Origin: Saprospiraceae bacterium | Lineage (GTDB): Bacteria; Bacteroidota; Bacteroidia; Chitinophagales; Saprospiraceae | Assembly: GCA_017987975.1 (NCBI GenBank) | Contig: JAGNSQ010000001.1 | Span: 39,090-103,089, forward strand | DNA length: 64,000 nt | Reading direction: 5' to 3' | Shown: in pieces, positions 1-5,946 of the stretch | Numbering within the stretch: position 1 is the stretch's first letter | Layout: the number at the start of each line of letters is the position of its first letter | Program-made: the position numbers and the translations under genes | Notes under the pieces: generated by a model | What the model saw: only the letters and a program-made list of their open reading frames with translations | What the model was told of the DNA's origin: nothing | Database searches by the model: none

Positions 1-1
1 T

Positions 2-544
2 GCATTCATTGAAATTAGTTCAACCGATACTGTTAAATACGAAATCGATAAGCCTAGCGGATATTTAAGGATAGACAGACCACAAAAATACAGCAATGTA
101 GTGCCGGCACTTTATGGTTTCATACCTCGCACTTATTGTGGCAATCAAATAGCAGCTCTGTGCATGGAAGCCACCGGTATTGGCAATATAAAAGGAGATG
201 GTGACCCACTTGACATCCTAGTGCTTACTGAAAAAGTGATTCCAAGAGGTGATATTCTGGTAGATGCTATTCCCATTGGAGGATTGAGATTGTTGGATAA
301 AGATGAAGCAGACGATAAAATTATAGCTGTTTTGAAGGGAGACCAGTTATATGGCCATTTTACAGATATTCATGAGTTGCCTGAAGCCATTATCAACAGA
401 CTTACCCACTATTTTGTGACCTACAAACAACTACCCGAAGCACCAAAGACAGTGGAAGTGATGGCTGTTTATGGACAGGATACAGCCTTTGAAGTGATTT
501 TAGCCGGACTAGCTGATTACAAAGAGCTTGTGAAAGAAACCTGA
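2..544 (+). CDS. ppa: inorganic pyrophosphatase, family I (5' end cut by window edge)
   Basis: Frame 2 is open from the window edge (AFIEISSTDTVKYEIDKPSGYLRIDRP...) and continues into listed ORF 101..544. It contains the Asp-rich family I PPase signature GDGDPLDILVL. Stop TGA at 542-544. Confidence 0.85.
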   Translation, partial: AFIEISSTDTVKYEIDKPSGYLRIDRPQKYSNVVPALYGFIPRTYCGNQIAALCMEATGIGNIKGDGDPLDILVLTEKVIPRGDILVDAIPIGGLRLLDKDEADDKIIAVLKGDQLYGHFTDIHELPEAIINRLTHYFVTYKQLPEAPKTVEVMAVYGQDTAFEVILAGLADYKELVKET

Positions 545-635
545 AAATGAAAGTTTTCGTCTTGATGTCACTTGTTTTAGTCGGATTTTCTGAATAAGTA
601 CAAACAATTGTGGTCAAAGATCCGTTTTTAAAAAC

Positions 636-1835
636 ATGTTGCCACACTGTAAGGAAAAAAGAGAAGTGCATGCCAGGTATAAGTCGTATGAAGTAAGACT
701 TTATACCTCTATACATGATGCTGAGCAGGAATGGTCGAGTCATTGCCCTACAGATGAATATTGGGAATCAGATTATCACAAAGCTTTGGAAGATGCACCC
801 CCGGGCGGACTTCATCCACTTTACATTACAGTTAGAAAAGATGATCAATGGATAGGCCTGGCCTATTTTCAGTATAAACGAATTAACCTCAATGCATCAA
901 TAAAATCAGATGATGCAACTGGAAGCTGGCTGACAAAGGTCAAAGGAGCTGCTTTATCGTTGCTTGACATGTATACGCTTGTATTGGGTAATATGTTGGT
1001 TACTGGAAAATATGGGTGTCATTTCTCTCATAAATTTCCTGTTGAAGATAGGTCGGATCTAGTATTATGGATCACAGACTGGGTTTCTGTGTGGTTACAG
1101 AAAAAAGGAATCAATATTGGTCCGGTTCTGATCAAAGATTTCAACTATGGGCAGCGCTTCCAGTTTGCAAAAAGCAGAAAAGTTACTGAGTTTTGTGTGC
1201 AGCCCAACATGATATTTACCATTCCTGAGGAGTGGAAGAGGGTAGAGGATTATCAGGAAGCTTTAAAATCGAAAGCAAGAATAAGATATAGACGTGCCAG
1301 AAACATGGTGTCAGATTTAACTTCAAGAAGTTTGCAATCAGAAGAGCTGATGCAATATGCAGACCAGATGCACAGGCAATACAAAAATATAGCCGAAAAT
1401 GCCGGCTTCAATTTATTTATTTTGGATCGTGATTACTTCTACCAGTTAAAAGAAAAAATGAAGGAAGGTGTGATGATCAGAGGTTATTTTAATCAGGAGG
1501 GAAGTCTTGTTGGCTTTTTTACTGTTCTTAAAAATTATGACCACTTGGACGCCCATTTTTTGGGATACGATCTGGAGGTTAACAAAGAAAAACAGCTATA
1601 TCTTAATATGCTGTTTGACATGATTGAAGAGGGAATCAGACAGAAAGTAAAAAAAATATTTATGTCCAGGACTGCAGTAGAAATTAAGAGCTCTGTTGGT
1701 GCAAAGGCGGTGGATATTTATTGTTATCTCTTTCATCGAAAAGGAATTTATAACAGGATGGTGCCTGAATTGGTTAAAAGATTGTACAAAGCAGAAGAAT
1801 GGGTGCCACGTAATCCTTTTCGAGACCTGGAATAG
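636..1835 (+). CDS. FemAB/BioF2-like GNAT-fold acyl- or aminoacyl-transferase (hypothetical)
   Basis: 399-aa ORF starting at ATG 636. The two-lobed size and the C-terminal half (FILDRDYFYQL...GSLVGFFTVL...HFLGYD...LYLNMLFDMIE) resemble FemAB-type GNAT proteins by eye. No HMM was run. Confidence 0.5.
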   Translation: MLPHCKEKREVHARYKSYEVRLYTSIHDAEQEWSSHCPTDEYWESDYHKALEDAPPGGLHPLYITVRKDDQWIGLAYFQYKRINLNASIKSDDATGSWLTKVKGAALSLLDMYTLVLGNMLVTGKYGCHFSHKFPVEDRSDLVLWITDWVSVWLQKKGINIGPVLIKDFNYGQRFQFAKSRKVTEFCVQPNMIFTIPEEWKRVEDYQEALKSKARIRYRRARNMVSDLTSRSLQSEELMQYADQMHRQYKNIAENAGFNLFILDRDYFYQLKEKMKEGVMIRGYFNQEGSLVGFFTVLKNYDHLDAHFLGYDLEVNKEKQLYLNMLFDMIEEGIRQKVKKIFMSRTAVEIKSSVGAKAVDIYCYLFHRKGIYNRMVPELVKRLYKAEEWVPRNPFRDLE

Positions 1836-1891
1836 GGGTAAAAAATAATTAAATAAAAAATTAACAAAACTGTAACTAACACCTTTGAAGT

Positions 1892-1899
1892 TACGTTTG
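1892..1899 (+). promoter_or_regulatory. Bacteroidota -7 promoter box (TACGTTTG)
   Basis: Exact match to TAnnTTTG, 29 nt upstream of ATG 1928. Confidence 0.45.
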
Positions 1900-1927
1900 T
1901 ACTTTTATACTGTAAAACCTACTTCCA

Positions 1928-2158
1928 ATGAAAGTGCTTCAACGTCAAACAATTCTTTTCACTTTGTTAGTCATGTTTAGTTTTTCATGTTTTTTATACC
2001 TTCAGTTGGCGTACCCAAATAGCAAAAATGTTTCTTTGGGTGAAAATATTTATGTGGAAACAGAAAATATTTTAGAAAATTCTGAAAAAAAATTCGATCA
2101 TTTTTCTTTGGCTAAAGTGGTATTGCAAAACATTATCAATGTAATTATTATAAAGTAG
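1928..2158 (+). CDS. small membrane-anchored hypothetical protein (76 aa)
   Basis: ORF with an N-terminal hydrophobic segment (ILFTLLVMFSFSCFLYLQLAY). It has its own TAnnTTTG box upstream and a weak hairpin plus T7 run downstream (2155-2186). Confidence 0.45.
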   Translation: MKVLQRQTILFTLLVMFSFSCFLYLQLAYPNSKNVSLGENIYVETENILENSEKKFDHFSLAKVVLQNIINVIIIK

Positions 2159-2370
2159 AGACAGTTGATTGTAGCTCTATTTTTTTACATAAAATATTGA
2201 ATTTCAATTTAATGGTAAATTCTTCACCATTTGACCTGCACACAAAATTTCAATTTTAAGTTCCCCTTTCTTTTTTTCTAAAAACGACTAAGTCGATCAT
2301 AAACGTTTCATTGTCTTTGGGTTCCAGAAAAAAAATCTCAAAAAATGGTACGGATATTGAATATATATAA

Positions 2371-2378
2371 TACTTTTG
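2371..2378 (+). promoter_or_regulatory. Bacteroidota -7 promoter box (TACTTTTG)
   Basis: Exact TAnnTTTG match, 99 nt upstream of ATG 2477. This implies a leader of about 90 nt. Confidence 0.45.
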
Positions 2379-2476
2379 CAGTGTTATTTACATATAAGTT
2401 AAAATATTATATGGTAGAAACACGGAAAAGCAGGGTTGTTTTAGTGGGGATGAATTCTATCACTCAAATTGATTGA

Positions 2477-3709
2477 ATGAAAAAAATTGGTATCTTATTT
2501 GGAATGGAGAGTAGCTTCCCGCAGGCTTTCATTGACAGAATAAATGAAAAAAAAGTTCCGGGCATAGTTGCTGAAGCTGTTCAGATAGATATGGTAAAGC
2601 AGGGTATTCCTACCGATTATGCGGTTATTATAGATCGGATTTCGCAGGATGTGCCTTTTTACAAAGCATACTTAAAAAATGCTGCCTTAAATGGCACTGC
2701 TGTCATCAATAATCCTTTTTGGTGGAGTGCAGACGAAAAATTTTTCAACAATTGTTTAGCTGTTCATTTAGGAGTACCTGTTCCCAATACAGTGTTATTG
2801 CCTTCTAAAGAAAGGCCGGATGATACTACTGAAAAGTCATTCAGGAATCTTAAATTTCCAATGGATTGGCAAGGCATCTTTGATTATGTTGGGTTCCCTG
2901 CATACATGAAACCACATGCAGGTGGTGGCTGGAAAAGTGTTTACAAAGTAACAGACCCGCAGGATCTTTGGGAAAAGCATGGTGAAACCGGGCAATTGGT
3001 TATGCTGCTGCAGGAAGAAATTCAATTCGATTTGTATTTCAGATGTTACTATTTGAACGGTGACAGAGTACATATCATGCAATATGAACCGAGAAACCCT
3101 CATCATTTGCGTTATGTCACCGGGGGAGGACCTGTTGAGAAAAAGTTATTAGACACCATACATCAATATGTATTAACTCTGAATCATGGCCTTGGTTATG
3201 ACTTCAATACCGTTGAGTTTGCTGTCAGAGATGGTATACCTTATGCCATTGATTTTTGTAACGGAGCTCCAGACGCTGATGTCAATTCAGTTGGTCAGGA
3301 AAACTTCGATTGGATCGTAGAAAATTCCGCCTTAATGGCGATTAATAGAGCTAAGTTACACCAGGAAGGGCAAATTAACCTAACTTGGGGTAGCTTTATT
3401 AGTAACATTTTTCAATCATCATCTATTAAAACTTCATTTCAAATGAAAAAAACAGAAAAGAAGACTGCAACTAAGGCAGCTGCTACCAAAAAAGTAGCTA
3501 CCACTAAGAAAGCAGCACCAGCTAAAAAAGCAGCTCCAGCTAAAAAAGCAGCTCCAGCTAAAAAAGCAGCTCCAGCTAAAAAAGCAGCTCCAGCTAAAAA
3601 AGCAGCTCCAGCTAAAAAAGCGGCTCCAGCTAAAAAAGCAGCTCCAGCTAAAAAAGCAGCTCCAGCTAAAAAAGCAGCTCCAGCTAAAAAAGCTACTCCA
3701 AAGAAATAA
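2477..3709 (+). CDS. ATP-grasp family ligase with a C-terminal K/A/P-rich histone-H1-like tail
   Basis: ATP-grasp landmarks seen: GFPAYMKPHAGGGWKSVYKV, LLQEEIQF, and NTVEFAV...YAIDFCNGAPD. The last ~90 aa are KKxAT/AKKAAP repeats. Confidence 0.8.
   Translation: MKKIGILFGMESSFPQAFIDRINEKKVPGIVAEAVQIDMVKQGIPTDYAVIIDRISQDVPFYKAYLKNAALNGTAVINNPFWWSADEKFFNNCLAVHLGVPVPNTVLLPSKERPDDTTEKSFRNLKFPMDWQGIFDYVGFPAYMKPHAGGGWKSVYKVTDPQDLWEKHGETGQLVMLLQEEIQFDLYFRCYYLNGDRVHIMQYEPRNPHHLRYVTGGGPVEKKLLDTIHQYVLTLNHGLGYDFNTVEFAVRDGIPYAIDFCNGAPDADVNSVGQENFDWIVENSALMAINRAKLHQEGQINLTWGSFISNIFQSSSIKTSFQMKKTEKKTATKAAATKKVATTKKAAPAKKAAPAKKAAPAKKAAPAKKAAPAKKAAPAKKAAPAKKAAPAKKAAPAKKAAPAKKATPKK
3521..3682. repeat. tandem repeat, 9 x 18 bp (gctaaaaaagcagctcca), in frame, encoding (AKKAAP)9
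   Basis: Counted directly. Units start at 3521, 3539, ... 3665. Eight are identical and unit 6 has one synonymous A>G change (gcg). Degenerate copies flank the array at 3506-3520 and 3683-3700. Confidence 0.95.
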
Positions 3710-3735
3710 TTTTGGAAGCTTAGCTTTAGAAAAAA

Positions 3736-3770
3736 GAAAGGTTGGGTCATTGACCCAACCTTTTCTTTTT
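3736..3770 (+). terminator. intrinsic terminator
   Basis: Stem GGTTGGGTC / GACCCAACC with a 3-nt loop, extended by AAA/TTT pairs and followed by ttttctttttgg. Confidence 0.75.
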
Positions 3771-3878
3771 GGTATTCAGTGGTTTATGTAAATTATCTTC
3801 AAGCGAAGCCTAGCTGACAAGAATGTACAATAGTTTGTTAATGTGGATTTTCTGTTGGTTTAAGCCACTATTTTCTTT

Positions 3879-3886
3879 TAATTTTG
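3879..3886 (+). promoter_or_regulatory. Bacteroidota -7 promoter box (TAATTTTG)
   Basis: Exact TAnnTTTG match ending 7 nt before ATG 3894. This would give a leaderless or near-leaderless mRNA. Confidence 0.4.
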
Positions 3887-3893
3887 CGCATCA

Positions 3894-4712
3894 ATGAAAC
3901 TAAGACTCGCCATTTTAGATCTTAATGCCGGCTTGCCCAATCAGGGTATGCGATGCATTTCAGAAATTGTTTCTAATTATCATCATCTTTTAGAGGTAGA
4001 TGTATTTGATGTTAGAGTGACAGCAGAAGTTCCAGATCTCAGTTACGACATTTACATTTCAAGTGGAGGACCTGGAAATCCCATGGAAGGTGACGGAGTT
4101 TGGGACGAACGGTTTTATACCCTGATTCAGGATGTTTGGGAGTATAACAAATATGAAGGGCATCCAAAGAAGTATTTCTTTTTTATTTGTCATTCCTTTC
4201 AAATGGCCTGTCTTCACTTCGGCTTGGGAAAAATAACAAAAAGAAAGTCAGCTTCTTTTGGCGTACAACCTGTACACAAGACCAGAGCCGGTCAGAAAGA
4301 TTCAATCTTTAATGGCTTGCCGGATCCATTTTACGTTGTAGAGAGCCGCGACTGGCAATTGGTTCAACCCAATCTGCACATCTTTACAGAAAAAGGAGCA
4401 GAGATCCTTGCACTGGAAAAAATCAGAACCCACGTAGAATATGAAAGAGCCATTATGGCGGTACGTTTTTCTGAAGAGATGGTGGGCACTCAATTTCATC
4501 CTGAGGCAGATCCACATGGAATGAAAGTACATTTCACATTAGAGGCAAATCGAGACAAAGTCATTAACAATTTTGGCATAGCCAAATATGACAGTATGAT
4601 GGCTCAATTGGATGAAGAAGATAAAATTGCCCTGACTTACAAAACAATTCTTCCAAAATTTATTGAAAACTCAATAAAACTTATAAATTCACATGCTTAT
4701 AGCATCGTGTAA
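3894..4712 (+). CDS. class-I glutamine amidotransferase-like protein (stand-alone GATase1)
   Basis: Nucleophile elbow FFFICHSFQ and GTQFHPE (the His-x-Glu of the Cys-His-Glu triad). 272 aa with no fused synthase domain. Confidence 0.8.
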   Translation: MKLRLAILDLNAGLPNQGMRCISEIVSNYHHLLEVDVFDVRVTAEVPDLSYDIYISSGGPGNPMEGDGVWDERFYTLIQDVWEYNKYEGHPKKYFFFICHSFQMACLHFGLGKITKRKSASFGVQPVHKTRAGQKDSIFNGLPDPFYVVESRDWQLVQPNLHIFTEKGAEILALEKIRTHVEYERAIMAVRFSEEMVGTQFHPEADPHGMKVHFTLEANRDKVINNFGIAKYDSMMAQLDEEDKIALTYKTILPKFIENSIKLINSHAYSIV

Positions 4713-4715
4713 TTT

Positions 4716-5912
4716 ATGATTTCAAAATATCGAAAAGAGTACAATGACAACTGGAGCAGTACATTGTATGAAAAGTTTTTAAGTGCAATAGAAAATAGCT
4801 ATCAGCACAAAACTCCATTTAGAATTGCGGAAACCCCATTTTTTATTCCGGATTTGTTGAAATCACGGTTACTTGAAGCATGCAATAGCATCAATGAAGT
4901 AATCTGTAGTCCTGATTTTAAAAGGTTAACCGACAAAGCTATACCAGATGTATCATTAGTGGTTCCAAATGAAGATGCGCACACTATTTTTCTTCAGATG
5001 GACTTTGGTATCACTTTGGATGAAAGAGGTGAGCCAATGCCTAAATTGATCGAAATCCAGGGCTTTCCTTCGGTTTATTTTTTCCAGGAGTTCATTTCCA
5101 GAATGTATAGGCAATACTTCCAACTACCAGGAGAGCTTCGCTCTTTTTTCAATCCTGAAATGGATTCAGAAAGTTATGTTTCATTGCTCCGGGAAGTGAT
5201 TGTAGGTGATGAAAATCCGGCGAATGTAGTGATGTTGGAAATTGAACCTGAAAAACAGACCACCTACATTGATTTTCTATGTACAGCTGACAAATTAGGA
5301 ATTAAGGTTTTGTGCCTTACCAAAGTTATCAAACAAGATAAAAACCTCTTTTATGAAGATGGCAAAGGCAATTTAATTCCCATTAAAAGAATTTACAATC
5401 GGGTCATCTTTGATGAACTGGAACAACGAAAAGACCTTCAACTACAGTTTTCTTTCACAGATGACCTCAATGTTTATTGGGTAGGACACCCCAACTGGTT
5501 TTACAGAATAAGTAAATACACCCTGCCGCTCTTAAAAGGCAAGTATGTACCCAAATGTTTTTATGTGGGTGATTTGCAAAACTATCCGGATGATTTGGAA
5601 AATTATGTACTCAAACCCTTATTTTCATTTGCAGGTGCGGGTGTTGAACTCAATGTAACCAAAGACATGCTGGATGCTTTATCTGACAAGTCCAATTATC
5701 TCTTGCAGGAAAAAGTGAGTTACGCACCGGTGATTGAAGCGCCGGGCGAACCGGTTAAATGTGAGATCAGAATGCTAATGCTATGGCCTCAAAATAGCAG
5801 CCAACCTATAATTATCAACAATCTGGTCAGGCTTTCCAAAGGAGCAATGATTGGGGTAAAATACAACAAAGACAAAGACTGGGTCGGGGGAAGTGTTGGA
5901 TTTTTTGAATAA
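4716..5912 (+). CDS. glutathionylspermidine-synthetase/YgiC-like (pre-ATP-grasp) amidoligase, putative
   Basis: Starts 4 nt after the GATase stop. FLQMDFGI..GEPMPKLIEIQGFPS and ENYVLKPLFSFAGAGVEL line up with the RxDx...LLExNxDxP and VxKPxxxxEGxxV landmarks of GSP-synthetase-type ligases. This alignment was done by eye only. Confidence 0.5.
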   Translation: MISKYRKEYNDNWSSTLYEKFLSAIENSYQHKTPFRIAETPFFIPDLLKSRLLEACNSINEVICSPDFKRLTDKAIPDVSLVVPNEDAHTIFLQMDFGITLDERGEPMPKLIEIQGFPSVYFFQEFISRMYRQYFQLPGELRSFFNPEMDSESYVSLLREVIVGDENPANVVMLEIEPEKQTTYIDFLCTADKLGIKVLCLTKVIKQDKNLFYEDGKGNLIPIKRIYNRVIFDELEQRKDLQLQFSFTDDLNVYWVGHPNWFYRISKYTLPLLKGKYVPKCFYVGDLQNYPDDLENYVLKPLFSFAGAGVELNVTKDMLDALSDKSNYLLQEKVSYAPVIEAPGEPVKCEIRMLMLWPQNSSQPIIINNLVRLSKGAMIGVKYNKDKDWVGGSVGFFE

Positions 5913-5946
5913 AAAAAAAGCCGGTTATTAACCGGCTTTTTTTATT
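5912..5946. terminator. bidirectional intrinsic terminator
   Basis: A8-GCCGGTT-atta-AACCGGC-T7, between convergent genes. Confidence 0.85.

Noticed and set aside
3521-3682. Regular 18-bp repeats considered as a possible CRISPR-like array
   Set aside because: The units are contiguous with no spacers, lie in frame inside a CDS, are not palindromic, and no cas genes are present.
3439-3750. 103-aa minus-strand ORF made of FLAGAA repeats
   Set aside because: It is the reverse-complement reading of the AKKAAP tandem repeat inside the ATP-grasp gene. This is a low-complexity antisense artefact.
1928-5912. Graspetide/microviridin-type RiPP cluster (small ORF, two ATP-grasp ligases and a GNAT)
   Set aside because: The small ORF has a TM anchor and lacks a T/S-x-K...D/E core motif. 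The second ligase is GSP-synthetase-like rather than MdnB/C-like. There is no transporter or peptidase. The superficial gene-content resemblance is not enough.
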